The notes beneath the pieces are model-generated. The model had not been told where the DNA came from. It made no database searches and saw nothing but the letters and a program-made list of their open reading frames with translations. Position numbers and translations under genes: made by a program. DNA of 63,935 bases, the filler included, from an uncultured Methanoregulaceae archaeon (GTDB lineage: Archaea > Halobacteriota > Methanomicrobia > Methanomicrobiales > Methanospirillaceae): NCBI GenBank assembly GCA_964530035.1. It is 3 parts of 3 records of this genome, joined end to end, with 100 filler letters (N's around TTAATTAATTAA, not from the genome) between each part and the next. Parts side by side here need not be neighbours in the genome. Positions count along the whole stretch, not along the records: positions 1 to 28,550 come from CAZGXZ010000008.1; 2 more parts are not named here. The stretch is one strand, 5' to 3'. Of this stretch, positions 1-10,144 are shown one piece after another. Positions within the stretch are counted from its first letter, which is position 1, and every line of letters begins with the position of its first letter.

Positions 1-28
1 CCTATGAGCCGTGGCCGGGTGACCCCGA

Positions 29-589
29 TCAGTTCCCGAACGCAGAACCGGCCTGCCCGGACGGCATGACTTCGGCGAAGGTGCCGGAGAGCGCTGCCAG
101 GAAAGCTGCCTGGACGTCTGCGGCCCGGACGGTCCTCCCCTCCCAGGCAAGGTCGCGTGTCGCACAGGCATCTGAAGCGAGGACGCAGCGGTACCCGAGG
201 TCGGCCGCTGCCCTGACCGTCGTGTCGATGCACAGGTGGGTCATCATCCCGGTGATGACGAGCCGGTCCACCCCTGCTCCCGACAGCATGTCGTGAAGCC
301 CGGTGCCGTGGAAACTGTTCGGAACGTGCTTCGTGACGACCGCCTCGCCGGCACGCGGTGCGACAAAGTCATGGATACCGGTCCCGGGGGTACCGGGGAG
401 GAAAAAGCTGGCACCCGGACGGACAGACTCGTGCCTGACATGAAAGACCGGCACGCCCTGTTCCCTGCCCCTCTCAAGGAGCAGGGCGGCGTTTTTCCCG
501 GCGGCCAGGCTCCCACGCAGTTCCATGGCCCCGCCCGGGAAGTAGTCGTTCTGGATATCGACGAGGAGGAGGGCGGTGGTGCCGGGCAT
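29..589 (-). CDS. Cysteine hydrolase / isochorismatase family protein
   Basis: ALLLVDIQNDYFPGG, K..PNSF and GMMTHLCIDTT (Asp-Lys-Cys triad); start placed at ATG 589. Confidence 0.92.
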   Translation of the reverse strand: MPGTTALLLVDIQNDYFPGGAMELRGSLAAGKNAALLLERGREQGVPVFHVRHESVRPGASFFLPGTPGTGIHDFVAPRAGEAVVTKHVPNSFHGTGLHDMLSGAGVDRLVITGMMTHLCIDTTVRAAADLGYRCVLASDACATRDLAWEGRTVRAADVQAAFLAALSGTFAEVMPSGQAGSAFGN

Positions 590-590
590 C

Positions 591-974
591 CTACCTGCCC
601 CCTGCGCCGGAAGTACCCGGGAGGTCGCGGTGGGCTGCCCCTTCGGCGAAAGCCGGCAGACAGACCGCGATGTACTCAGCACCTTCCGGGGTGCTGTACT
701 GCACCCACTCCCCCTTCGGGACGGATATCGCCTGGCCTGCCCGGACGGTCACGGTCCCGTCGCGGGTGGAGACGCAGAGGGACCCCTGGAGGACAAGGCT
801 GTACTCGTCAAAGAGGGGTGTCTGGCCAGGTTCAGACCAGCCCTGCGGGCTCTTCATCCTGGCGATGCTGACGTGCTCAGTGCCGGAGACGGCCCTGCCG
901 ATGAACTCCTCGATACGTTTCGGAGGCCTGCCGGCGGCTGATATGACCCGCGGTGAAGTGATAAGCCGGACCAT
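591..974 (-). CDS. Cupin domain protein (EutQ-like)
   Basis: IEEFIGR...SIARMKSPQGWSEPGQTPLFDEYSLVLQG...VPKGEWVQYSTP; start at ATG 974. Confidence 0.85.
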   Translation of the reverse strand: MVRLITSPRVISAAGRPPKRIEEFIGRAVSGTEHVSIARMKSPQGWSEPGQTPLFDEYSLVLQGSLCVSTRDGTVTVRAGQAISVPKGEWVQYSTPEGAEYIAVCLPAFAEGAAHRDLPGTSGAGGR

Positions 975-1086
975 GCGGTACCTTTCGGCAGGCACGGGGT
1001 TATCGGTTGCGGGTACCGGGGACCACGGTCCAGGGATAACCCGGACGGTGCCGGGTGGTAAAAGTGAAAAAAGGTTCGAGCGGGGA

Positions 1087-1767
1087 TCAGATGGTATCCG
1101 TGGTCTCCGCTCCGCCGCTTTCATACACCATGGCGATGTACCGGGCCGAGAAAACGGCGAGGAACGGGGAGACGATGAACAGGAGCACCTTCCCAATGTA
1201 CGGGATGGCCCAAAGCACGCCCTCGGCGACCCCGACGAGGATCCCGAGGATGATGAGGGCGAGGATATAGCCCCCGATCCCGATCTTCCCGATCCGCGCA
1301 AAAATGGCGCTGAAGTTGAACGCCTGGCCCATGCTGCCCGTCCTGGCGAACCGGACGATCCCGATGGTCGCGATCAGCTGGATGATGATCGCCACGATGA
1401 CCATGACGATGATTCCGAACAGGACTCCCCCGACCATCGCCATGACGGCGCCAGGGTCCGGGTTCGTGGTCATGACCGTCGCAATGAACGCGATGCCGGC
1501 ACTTCCGATCACGGCGACCCCGATGATCAGGACCGGGATTAGGTAGATGATGTTGATGACCAGGAGCTTCAGCCCGTCGATGAACATCCCTCCCCACTCC
1601 TTGAGCTCGGGCGAGGGCTTGTCCCCGCGGTACACCCGGACCGCGTATCCCATGATGAGGGGGAAGATGATGCAGCAGATGATCAGGAGCACCCACTTCG
1701 CCCATTTCCCAACCAGGCCCTCCTTTGCATACTCAAAGGATTCACCCACGATGTTTCCGTATTCCAT
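1087..1767 (-). CDS. DUF4013-like membrane protein
   Basis: FPLIMGYAVRVYRG..P.PEL.EWGGMFIDGLK and QAFNFSAIF motifs; multiple TM segments; GGTGA RBS. Confidence 0.8.
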   Translation of the reverse strand: MEYGNIVGESFEYAKEGLVGKWAKWVLLIICCIIFPLIMGYAVRVYRGDKPSPELKEWGGMFIDGLKLLVINIIYLIPVLIIGVAVIGSAGIAFIATVMTTNPDPGAVMAMVGGVLFGIIVMVIVAIIIQLIATIGIVRFARTGSMGQAFNFSAIFARIGKIGIGGYILALIILGILVGVAEGVLWAIPYIGKVLLFIVSPFLAVFSARYIAMVYESGGAETTDTI

Positions 1768-2050
1768 TACCATCACCTGTTATACTGAATGGCTGGATCA
1801 GGGAGATATTTAAAATGTGACCTTCATCTGAACGTTCCGACAACTGGTCCCCGTGAACCCTCCTCTAAAAAAAGCAGAGTGAAATTCCGGTTGGACAACC
1901 CTGCACTGCTTCAGGAAAGGTCGGAGGACAGTCGTGTGTACCTGAAGGACACCTGCCCTGAAGAGGCCCCTGTTTCGGGCGGACAAGGCCTGCCCAGAAG
2001 GGAAACCAGAAGTAGCCCTGGGCGCAATCCTGTGATACACGGTTGCATCC

Positions 2051-3463
2051 ATGGAACGCTGGTCGTCCCACGTGGGTTTTATCCTTGCCGCAATAGGCGC
2101 CGCGGTCGGAATAGGGAATATATGGCGTTTTTCCGCCGTGCTAGGCCAGAATGGCGGCGGGGCGTATCTCGTCCCGTACGGTATCGCAGTGTTCGTGTTC
2201 GCCCTCCCCCTCATGGTCCTCGAGATCACCATGGGCCGCCGGTTCAGGGGCGGTGTCGTCCGGGCTTTCCGCGAGGTAAGGCCGGCGTTCCGGATTACCG
2301 GCTGGCTGCTGGTCGCCATTGTCTTCCTTATTTTAAGTTACTACCTCGTCATCACCGGCTGGACCCTGGCATTCACGGTGTTTTCCACCATGGGGCAGAC
2401 ACAGACGTTTCCTGGTTTCGTCCAGACCTACCTGCCGCTCCTGTTTGCGGCAATCTCGGTCCTCGCGACAGGGATAATCGTCTCGGCAGGTGTCAGGAAA
2501 GGGATCGAGCGGTTATCAGTCGTCCTGGTCCCGGCCTGTGTCATTATCCTCGTCGTCCTCGCCCTCTTCTGTGCGACCCTGCCCGGTTTCGGAGCGAGCC
2601 TTGTATTCCTCTTCACCCCTGATTTCTCCGTCCTCCTCAAACCTGACATCTGGGCGGCGGCGTTCGGGCAGGCATTCTTTTCGCTCTCTGTTGGGGAAGG
2701 CATTCTCCTCACGTATGGGTCGTATATGGCACGGGACCAGGATGTCAGGCTGGCAGCCCTCATCATAACGGTCGCCGACCTGGGGGTTGCCCTCCTCGCG
2801 GGGATCGTCATCTTCCCGGTCGTGTTCACCTACGGGCTGTCACCGTCTGCCGGGGCGGAGCTTGCCTTTACGACGCTCCCGGTCGCCTTCTCGCTGATGC
2901 CTGCCGGAAAGGTCTTCGCTGTTGCCTTTTTCGCCATGCTTTTCTTCGCCGCCCTCACCTCGGCCGTTTCGATGCTTGAGGTCTGCGTGGCGGCCGCCGA
3001 GGAAACCACCGGCTGGTCCAGGAGGAGGACAACGGCGTTGGTCACCGGAGTCCTCCTCGGGGCTACCATGCTGCCGGCACTCAGTTACAGTGCCGCAAAT
3101 CTCTCGTTCCTGGGAGTCCCGCTCCTCGACTTCATGGATGAGTCCGTGGGCACTCTGGGCCTCCACGTCGCGTCGGTGATCCTTGCCGTCACCTTCACCT
3201 GGTTCCTCTCTGAAGAGGTCTTTATGTCTGAAACCGGAGGGACCAGCCCCCTCAACCGGGCCTTCCTCCTCTGCCGGTACGTCATCCCTGCGGTCCTCAT
3301 CCTCACGGTCGCCGCCCAGCTTGTGTCCGGCTTCACGGTCGCCGGAAGTTCGTTCATCCCCGGTACCCGGCACATCGGTTCCCTGCTCCAGGTCGAGGGT
3401 GTCGCGTTCGTCGCCTGTATTGTCCTTGTTGCCTGCATTATCGCAGGGCGTTCAAAGACCTGA
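2051..3463 (+). CDS. Sodium-dependent transporter, NSS/SNF family
   Basis: ERWSS...GAAVGIGNIWRF, GGGAYLVPY, AAFGQAFFSLSVG, TYGSY. Confidence 0.95.
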   Translation: MERWSSHVGFILAAIGAAVGIGNIWRFSAVLGQNGGGAYLVPYGIAVFVFALPLMVLEITMGRRFRGGVVRAFREVRPAFRITGWLLVAIVFLILSYYLVITGWTLAFTVFSTMGQTQTFPGFVQTYLPLLFAAISVLATGIIVSAGVRKGIERLSVVLVPACVIILVVLALFCATLPGFGASLVFLFTPDFSVLLKPDIWAAAFGQAFFSLSVGEGILLTYGSYMARDQDVRLAALIITVADLGVALLAGIVIFPVVFTYGLSPSAGAELAFTTLPVAFSLMPAGKVFAVAFFAMLFFAALTSAVSMLEVCVAAAEETTGWSRRRTTALVTGVLLGATMLPALSYSAANLSFLGVPLLDFMDESVGTLGLHVASVILAVTFTWFLSEEVFMSETGGTSPLNRAFLLCRYVIPAVLILTVAAQLVSGFTVAGSSFIPGTRHIGSLLQVEGVAFVACIVLVACIIAGRSKT

Positions 3464-3539
3464 AGCTCTCCGGCTCGGGGGCCAGGGATCTCTTGCACCC
3501 GTGAACCGGTTAAAAAAGTGGACCTCGTTGCCGTTCCGT

Positions 3540-4283
3540 TCAGACGAGGTCCTTTTCGAGGTCGAGGATTGGGGAGAGGTCCACGTCGGCGAAGGTCTTC
3601 TGTCCGTACTCGAACGGGTTGTCCATGTCCCTGATGAGGAGGATGATGGAGATGAGGAGGGCGATGATGACGGTGAAGATGACCATCCCCTCGTAGAAGG
3701 GGTCGATCTTGACGATAAAGAGGAGGAAGACGACACCGGCGACGGATATCTCGGCGATCGCGTAGGCAGCCGGGATGAACGAGGTCTCGGCGATCGTCCT
3801 GACCCGGCTCGTGAGCTTGTCGAGGTTCGCCAGCTCGGTCCTCACCTTGACGATGAACGGCGCCGGTGCGTTCTTTGCGGCAAGGGTGTAGAGGTGGCCG
3901 TTGATGTGGGCGATGGCGGCCCTGACTGCCTCGTTGCCGTACGTGTTCGTCCTGAAGTTCCCGATGACCGTGCGGGCAAGGGACCTGACGTCCTCCTGCA
4001 TCGTCCGCGAGACATCGCCGTCGATCGAAGCAAAGAGCCGGCAGTCCTGGTACAGGGTCAGGAGCGAGACCGAGATGTCGTTCGGGATCTTCTCGCTCTC
4101 CTTGTAGTCGGTAAGGGTGCCCGAGAAGATGATGGCGACCGTGAAGATCGCGGCCCCGATGAACGCGGTGATCAGGTTGGTGAGCGCCAGGAAATCATAG
4201 TTGGAAAAGTCGATGATAAGCCGTATCACGACGAGGACGGCGGTGATGGCAAGCGCCTTTCCGATAAGACCCCATTTCTTCAT
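3540..4283 (-). CDS. Conserved membrane protein (bestrophin/DUF4239-like topology)
   Basis: Two N-terminal and two C-terminal TM helices around a helical soluble region; IRDMDNPF motif. Confidence 0.6.
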   Translation of the reverse strand: MKKWGLIGKALAITAVLVVIRLIIDFSNYDFLALTNLITAFIGAAIFTVAIIFSGTLTDYKESEKIPNDISVSLLTLYQDCRLFASIDGDVSRTMQEDVRSLARTVIGNFRTNTYGNEAVRAAIAHINGHLYTLAAKNAPAPFIVKVRTELANLDKLTSRVRTIAETSFIPAAYAIAEISVAGVVFLLFIVKIDPFYEGMVIFTVIIALLISIILLIRDMDNPFEYGQKTFADVDLSPILDLEKDLV

Positions 4284-4627
4284 GAACTCGTTCATAGGTT
4301 GTGTCCTGATCAGGTTAGTCCTTTCTTTCACAAGGTCGTTTCCCGGGAGGGAGCGGATGACCGGGTGAAAACACCCCCCTTGACCTTGCTGCAGGCTGAA
4401 CGTGGAACACGGAGCATTCCCATCAACACCGGGTAAACGGGGTGCGATGGGCTGCCTTTCGCCGGGCCACGCCCGCCCCAGGCAAGGCGCCCGTTCAGGA
4501 CAGGCCCTTCAACGGAACCAGTATGGAACGTCCGTTTTTCGGTTGTTGCACGGGGTCCGGGGATTTTTCTTCACGGCGACAAAACACCTATATACCCTCA
4601 TTTCGATAGGGATCGGGAAGCACATCC

Positions 4628-4876
4628 ATGATCTCGCGGGACGCCTGCACCCTGCTGCACCTGTTCAACTCCGGTATCACGTTACTGGAGGCGCCGGTGA
4701 TCCACCAGATGACCCGCCTGCCCCCGGAGCGGATCAATATGGCAGTGTTCGAGCTGACCCGGAAAGACATGGTCGAGACGTTCACGACCCGCCCTTTCAA
4801 CCCCGAGGGCTTCTGTTTTTACTCCATCCGCCTCACCGTGAAGGGCCAGGAGGTCCTGGCGGTCGGCAGCCCGTGA
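4628..4876 (+). CDS. Small hypothetical protein, possible winged helix
   Basis: 82 aa with coding-like codon usage; AVFELTRKDMVE...IRLTVKGQEVL pattern. Confidence 0.5.
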   Translation: MISRDACTLLHLFNSGITLLEAPVIHQMTRLPPERINMAVFELTRKDMVETFTTRPFNPEGFCFYSIRLTVKGQEVLAVGSP

Positions 4877-4936
4877 CGGGGGCTCCACTGGCCAGGACCT
4901 GTTCATCCATCCACCACAGTCGCGTGGAAGGCCTGG

Positions 4937-5434
4937 TTACTGCCCGCCGCCCGCCGGCCCCGCGGCCTTCCTGACCGACTCCGCGAACGCCTCGAACCGT
5001 GACTGCAGCGCCGAGGTCCCGAGCCCGGTCTCGGTGGAGGTCACCGACCCGGCAAACCGCATTCCCTTTGCCTCGAGCGCCTTTCTCACTGCGGCGATGG
5101 CACCCTCGTGGCCCGACTTGCCGGCCTGTGCGGCCACGGCGAAGGGCTTTCCCTGCCCCCCCGTGATGAGGGAGAGGTATGTGTTCACGTACGGCGGGAC
5201 CTTTCCTGCCCAGACCGGGGTCGCGACGACGAGGAGGTCGACGTCTCCGAGGTCGGCATTGCAGGGCCTGATGGCCGACTTCATGCCCATGACTGCCTTT
5301 ATCCCACCGGAAAATGCGTGTACACTGCCTTCAGGGGAGATACGTTCAAGATCGGCCCCGAAGAGCGGGGCAAGGGCGTTGGCGACCTGCTCGGTGTGCC
5401 CCTGCCATGAAAAATACGCGATCCGCGTCTTCAT
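4937..5434 (-). CDS. Flavodoxin family protein
   Basis: IAYFSWQGHTEQVA and VATPVWAGKVPP; GAGGTG RBS. Confidence 0.9.
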   Translation of the reverse strand: MKTRIAYFSWQGHTEQVANALAPLFGADLERISPEGSVHAFSGGIKAVMGMKSAIRPCNADLGDVDLLVVATPVWAGKVPPYVNTYLSLITGGQGKPFAVAAQAGKSGHEGAIAAVRKALEAKGMRFAGSVTSTETGLGTSALQSRFEAFAESVRKAAGPAGGGQ

Positions 5435-5522
5435 ACACCTCTCCTCGTACGGGTGACCCATCAACCTTGCGGTCCCCGGCGGAAAAAATGCCGGAGATGG
5501 AATCAGGAAAACCCTGACGGTT

Positions 5523-6128
5523 TCACTGCCGTTCCTCGAGGAGCCGCCTGATGGCACGGACCTCGTCGAGGAGGGGTTCCCCGCTTCCCGTTGGGACGAC
5601 CGGGCGTGCAGGCGTCCCGGTCGCGTCTGTCGGTCCTGTTGCCTTTCTCGTCTCCCTGATGAGCGAGCGGAGCCGTTCCCTGAGTTCCTCGGCATCGACG
5701 ATCCCTTCGAGGGTGATCTCCGACCGGTTGGCCTGGGCCGAGTACCCGGCCGTCTGGATCTTGATGCAGGAAAACCCGAAGTGGCGCATGAGGGGTCCCT
5801 GGTAGATATCGATGTTCGTGATGCGGTCATAGGGGACGATGCCCGTCATCCTGAACCACACGCCCCGGCGCCAGGTCACCTCGTCGTCCTTTAACTCGAA
5901 GAGGACGGTTTCGTAGTACTTTTTAACCCAGAAGAGATAGAAGGCGGCGATGATGAGGAGCACGATGACACTGGTGGCGAGGAACGGGGCTGACTCGGAA
6001 AGAAAGGCGGCAGCGAGCAGGCCCACTCCGAATATGGCGAAAACGACGGCGAAGATTACATTGTACAGGCTGATGACTTTTCTGTCCGGCTTGAAGGGGC
6101 TGAACAGCCCGAATCGGGATGGTTCCAT
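5523..6128 (-). CDS. Bacterial PH domain membrane protein (YdbS-like)
   Basis: Two TM helices, then RRGVWF...VPYDRITNIDIYQGPLMRHFG..IKIQTAG. Confidence 0.88.
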   Translation of the reverse strand: MEPSRFGLFSPFKPDRKVISLYNVIFAVVFAIFGVGLLAAAFLSESAPFLATSVIVLLIIAAFYLFWVKKYYETVLFELKDDEVTWRRGVWFRMTGIVPYDRITNIDIYQGPLMRHFGFSCIKIQTAGYSAQANRSEITLEGIVDAEELRERLRSLIRETRKATGPTDATGTPARPVVPTGSGEPLLDEVRAIRRLLEERQ

Positions 6129-6363
6129 GGGTTCCTCTGTGAATGGCCTGAACTGGCCAGGCCTGGTGTTTGAGATAGGAATTCATTCCAGAAAAGGTTG
6201 CTCTCCCTCGCGGCACCCGCAAAGCCAGGATTGGCATGCAACCGCAGGTCGGGGATCCTGGAGGTGCGTTTCGGTTCCGTCTGCTTCTCTGCCGGGGGGG
6301 GAAGTATAGCAAAAAATGTAGATATGGTATGATAATCAATACCTATCATTAAACGGAACTACC

Positions 6364-6573
6364 ATGAAGATCAGTGCACGCAACCAGATCAAGGGAACGG
6401 TAAAAATGATCAGGAAGGGCCCGGTGACCACCGAGGTCATCATCAGTATCGGGGGCGGAAATGAGATCGTCTCCACGATAACGACCCATTCCGCCGAGAA
6501 GATGGGCCTGCGGGAAGGATCCCCGGTCTACGCGGTCATGAAGGCCTCCGAAGTGATGGTCGGGACCGATTAA
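6364..6573 (+). CDS. mop: Molybdenum-pterin binding (Mop/TOBE) protein
   Basis: MKISARNQIKG...STIT..S...MGL..G..VYAVMKASEV. Confidence 0.93.
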   Translation: MKISARNQIKGTVKMIRKGPVTTEVIISIGGGNEIVSTITTHSAEKMGLREGSPVYAVMKASEVMVGTD

Positions 6574-6896
6574 AACCCCTTCTTTTCCACCCACCCGACC
6601 GGGGTGACGAGCGGGAACCGTGTGGCCAGGAGGGCGTCAAGGTACTCGCGGGCGTGCGCCCCGCTCTCCGGGTCTGACCAGACCCCGACCTTTGACTCAC
6701 CGACAATGAACCCCAGTTCGAAGAGGCCGTACTTCTGGACGACATGGATGGTCCCGCCCGGCGTCTCGCGGGTGAAGCCGTCTTCGTCTCCGAGAAATGC
6801 CCGGATGTCGTCGGTAGTGACCGGCCGGGCGAGGCGGTACACCCGGCATTTCCAGCCAGGGAAGGGGGAGACCGGGGGGTCGAATGGTTCGGGCAT
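6570..6896 (-). CDS. Hypothetical protein
   Basis: Coding-like ORF whose stop overlaps the mop stop (TTAA). Confidence 0.55.
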   Translation of the reverse strand: MPEPFDPPVSPFPGWKCRVYRLARPVTTDDIRAFLGDEDGFTRETPGGTIHVVQKYGLFELGFIVGESKVGVWSDPESGAHAREYLDALLATRFPLVTPVGWVEKKGF

Positions 6897-7767
6897 GGGC
6901 TTCACAGGACCGTTTTTTCAGGGTATCCCGGTCGGGTTGCCGTGCCGGGAGAAGTACAGGGTCCTCACGGTAGTATCCGCCCTGTGACCTATTGAGACCT
7001 TCCCGGTGACCGGGAAACGGAAGAGATCGGTGAGGCGGCTTCGTAGACGGTAAACAATTCCAGGTACCTGTCACCCGGGACTCCTTCCCGGCAGTAGGAA
7101 TTCCGGAACATGTCCCTGCCCTTGAAATGGCCTTGCCTATGGGTCCTGACCTTCAGGGCCGCCACCTCGTCAAAATGGGGCTCCTCCCGCAGGGCAAGAG
7201 GAGTGTAGAGCGTGAGATGGGGTCTCCCCGGCCCTTGGGGGCCGGAAAATCCCTCTTTTGCACTCCGTTTCTGTATGATGACGCAATCATGGTCTTTTCG
7301 CAATCATTTTCCTGTCATTGCAGGACATGCAGGGACAATCCACTCCGTCCACCCTGCCGGACCCAGGTCCGTCCGGGGTTGCGGTCCGGGACACTCTTTC
7401 TGCAAGGTATGCCAGTGCAGGCGGTATGCCACTCACGTCAGCGCAATACGGGGGGTAATGACCGGTTCCGGCCTCCAGGCCGGTAGACGTTACGGTGCCT
7501 GGCGCTTCCCTGTCCCGATACCTGGACGAAGGGGATGACGGATGGTGCTGTGTCTTCTCGATGCCGGACAGGCACGGACACCACCAGGATAGTGGTCTCT
7601 TTTTTACATTAAATAATTTACTTTTTTATATTTATAAGTACATTTATTTAATAAATGGCCGGGAATGTGAATGGAAAAGTTACCCGCGAAAAGGGAAGCG
7701 TATTAACCCTCTTCCGGGATGGTATCCCTTAAAATACGGGGTTGATTCCGGCGTCCAGTCCAGGGGG

Positions 7768-8835
7768 TCACCCCTCCCCGCCGGCCCCTGGTATCACGTG
7801 GACGGCCGAGGCCTTGAAGGTCGCAAAGACCGCGGACCCGGGCGCAAGCTCCAGGTCGTGGCAGCTCTCCCTCGTCAGGAGGGCGGTCAGGGGGAAGCCC
7901 GCGTCGAGGACGACCCGGACGGTGCTCCCCGAGGGGACGAGCCCGGAGACGGTCCCGGCGAGGCAGTTGCGGGCGCTCGAGGAGAACGGGGCCTTCGACA
8001 GCACCACGTCCTCGGCATGGAGGGTCGCGACCACGTCCCCGGTCATACCCGAGGCCGCGTGGAACACCGTGCCGGAGGACGTGGTGATGGTCACCAGGTT
8101 GCCCCTTTTCGAGGACCTCCCCCTGATGATGTTCCCTATGCCGAGGAACTCCGCGACGAAGGTGTCAGCCGGGTGGAGGAACACTTCCGCGGTCTCCCCG
8201 GCCTGCACGACCCGGCCGTCCCTCATGATTGCGATCCGGTCGGCAAGGGCGAAGGCGTCCTCGAAGTGGTGGGTGATCTGGACGACCGTCGTGCCGGTGA
8301 GCCGCCTGACCCGGGACAGCTCTGCCCGCATCCGCTCCCGGGTCCTGCCGTCCAGGGCGCTCAGGGGTTCGTCGAGCAAAAGCACGGACGGCCTGAGTAC
8401 GAGGGCCCGGGCGAGGGCGACCCGCTGCTGCTCCCCTCCGCTCAGGGTGCCGGGGTACCGCTTCCTCAGGTGTCCGACCTCCATAAGGGCGATGGCATCC
8501 TCAACCCGCCGCCGCCGCTCATCCCCGGGGACCTTCCTGTGGCGGAGCCCGAAGCCGATGTTGGCCTCGACCGTGAGATGGGGGAACAGCATGTAGTCCT
8601 GGTAGACCATCCCGATGTTCCGCTCCCTGGGATCGACCGTGGTGACCTCCCGCCCGTTGAGGAAGACCCGCCCCGAGTCAGGTGCGTGGACCCCGGCTAT
8701 CGTCTCAAGGAGGACGGTCTTACCCGCTCCCGTGGGACCGAGGATGACGAAGTACTCGTTGTCATGCACCGTGAGCGACACGTCCCGTACCGAGAAGTCG
8801 CCGAGGGTCACGGACAGGGAGTCGAGGACCAGCAC
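7768..8835 (-). CDS. modC: Molybdate/tungstate ABC transporter ATP-binding protein with C-terminal TOBE
   Basis: GPTGAGKT, LSGGEQQR, LLLDEP, SARNCL...FKASAV. Confidence 0.92.
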   Translation of the reverse strand: MLVLDSLSVTLGDFSVRDVSLTVHDNEYFVILGPTGAGKTVLLETIAGVHAPDSGRVFLNGREVTTVDPRERNIGMVYQDYMLFPHLTVEANIGFGLRHRKVPGDERRRRVEDAIALMEVGHLRKRYPGTLSGGEQQRVALARALVLRPSVLLLDEPLSALDGRTRERMRAELSRVRRLTGTTVVQITHHFEDAFALADRIAIMRDGRVVQAGETAEVFLHPADTFVAEFLGIGNIIRGRSSKRGNLVTITTSSGTVFHAASGMTGDVVATLHAEDVVLSKAPFSSSARNCLAGTVSGLVPSGSTVRVVLDAGFPLTALLTRESCHDLELAPGSAVFATFKASAVHVIPGAGGEG

Positions 8836-8849
8836 CCCGCCCTCACCGC

Positions 8850-9623
8850 CTAGAAGACATGCACGCCCCGGTCGAGGTATTCCACTGCACAGAGCGTTAC
8901 GAGCGAGATCAGGACGAGGATGGTCGCCGCGGCCACCGCCTGGGACAGGTCACCGGTCGAGATGTTAAGGTACAGCGCGATTGGGAGCGTCTCGGTCCTC
9001 ATGGTGGTCGCACCGGCCACCATCAGCACGGCCCCGAACTCGCCCATTGCCTTCGCCCACGTGATGACCGTCCCGGCGAGGAGGCCCTGGCGCGCCATCG
9101 GAAGCGTGACCTCCAGGAAGGCGCGGGTCTCGGTGCAGCCGAGAGTACGGGCCACGTACTCGTACCTGGGGTTGACGGCCGAAAAGGCGGACCGCAGCAC
9201 CCGGACAAGGTACGGGAGGTTCACGAACACCTCGGCGACGATGATCCCGAGCGGCGTGAATATGACGGCGAAGCCAGCCTCCTGGAGCGCCCTGCCGGGA
9301 GCGGTCGTCCCGAAAAAGAGAAGGAGGGCGATCCCGGCGACGAGCGGGGGAAGCGTGAGTGGGAGGGTGAGGGCGAGGTTCGCGGCCCGCTTCCCGGTGA
9401 AATCGTACCTGGCCAGGGCATAGGAGACCGGGACCGCCATGGCGATGCAGGCAAGGGTCGATGCGATGCTCGTCGCGAGGCTCAGCAGGATGGCGAACCG
9501 GATCTCCGGGCTCGCGAGGCTTGCGGCAAGGGCCGGCAGGGGGGAGTACATCACGAGCCCGAGGAGGACGACGGTGATGCAGAGGAAAACGAGGTACGTC
9601 AGTATAATGAAGGTCCTTCGCAT
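8850..9623 (-). CDS. modB: Molybdate/tungstate ABC transporter permease
   Basis: LPLTLPPLVAG, ARTLG, MGEFGA. Confidence 0.92.
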   Translation of the reverse strand: MRRTFIILTYLVFLCITVVLLGLVMYSPLPALAASLASPEIRFAILLSLATSIASTLACIAMAVPVSYALARYDFTGKRAANLALTLPLTLPPLVAGIALLLFFGTTAPGRALQEAGFAVIFTPLGIIVAEVFVNLPYLVRVLRSAFSAVNPRYEYVARTLGCTETRAFLEVTLPMARQGLLAGTVITWAKAMGEFGAVLMVAGATTMRTETLPIALYLNISTGDLSQAVAAATILVLISLVTLCAVEYLDRGVHVF

Positions 9624-9640
9624 CTGCCGCCTCCCTGGGT

Positions 9641-10144
9641 TTAAAGGCCCTGCCTGTCAGCGGAAAGGGCCCTCTCCGCCAGGATACTGGTCTCCCGGAT
9701 CCGTTCGATATGCTGCGCCGAGACCCAGCCTGACACGGCATGGGGGATGCTGTCGAACTCGGGAACGTAGGGCTTGATGTCGAGGACGGGTGTCCCGTCG
9801 AGGAGGTCCATCCCGGTGACATGGAGGACGCCGCCGTCGACCCTCGTAAGGGCGACGTAGGATATCCCGATCGGGTTCGGGCGGTTGTAGTGGCGGGTCG
9901 CGAAGATGCCGTGCTCAGCCTGCCCGTCGGAGAGGGGGAGTTCGGTCAGGGCACGGCGTTCCGCCCGGTCGAAATGCGAGAGCAGGATAAGGTGCGAAAA
10001 CCCCCCGATGCTCGCGAGGCCCTCCCGGTACTCGGGGAAGACCTCAACGGTCCCTTCCACCCGTGAGAAGCTGCTCTGGAACGGGGGTGCGCCCGCCGTC
10101 CTGAAGGGCGAGCGGGCGATGCCTATCGGTGTGAAGTCGGTCAT
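9641..10144 (-). CDS. tsaA: TsaA/TrmO (YaeB) family SAM-binding protein
   Basis: HGIFATRHYNRPNPIGIS and DLLDGTPVLDIKPY. Confidence 0.9.
   Translation of the reverse strand: MTDFTPIGIARSPFRTAGAPPFQSSFSRVEGTVEVFPEYREGLASIGGFSHLILLSHFDRAERRALTELPLSDGQAEHGIFATRHYNRPNPIGISYVALTRVDGGVLHVTGMDLLDGTPVLDIKPYVPEFDSIPHAVSGWVSAQHIERIRETSILAERALSADRQGL

Noticed and set aside
3183..4436. Long antisense or alternate-frame ORFs (e.g. 3183-4436, 7495-8853, 13194-14432, 14769-16079)
   Set aside because: Shadow ORFs of high-GC genes on the opposite strand; no motifs of their own.
6900..7600. Short ORFs and a possible decayed gene between mop and modC
   Set aside because: No recognisable motif or consistent frame; cannot support a call.
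7601..7660. Very AT-rich tract considered as a replication origin
   Set aside because: No ORB-like repeats or cdc6/orc1 nearby; more likely a promoter or terminator region.
8835..8852. TAG read-through (pyrrolysine) fusing modB to modC
   Set aside because: modC is not in frame with modB, and no pyl genes are in the window.
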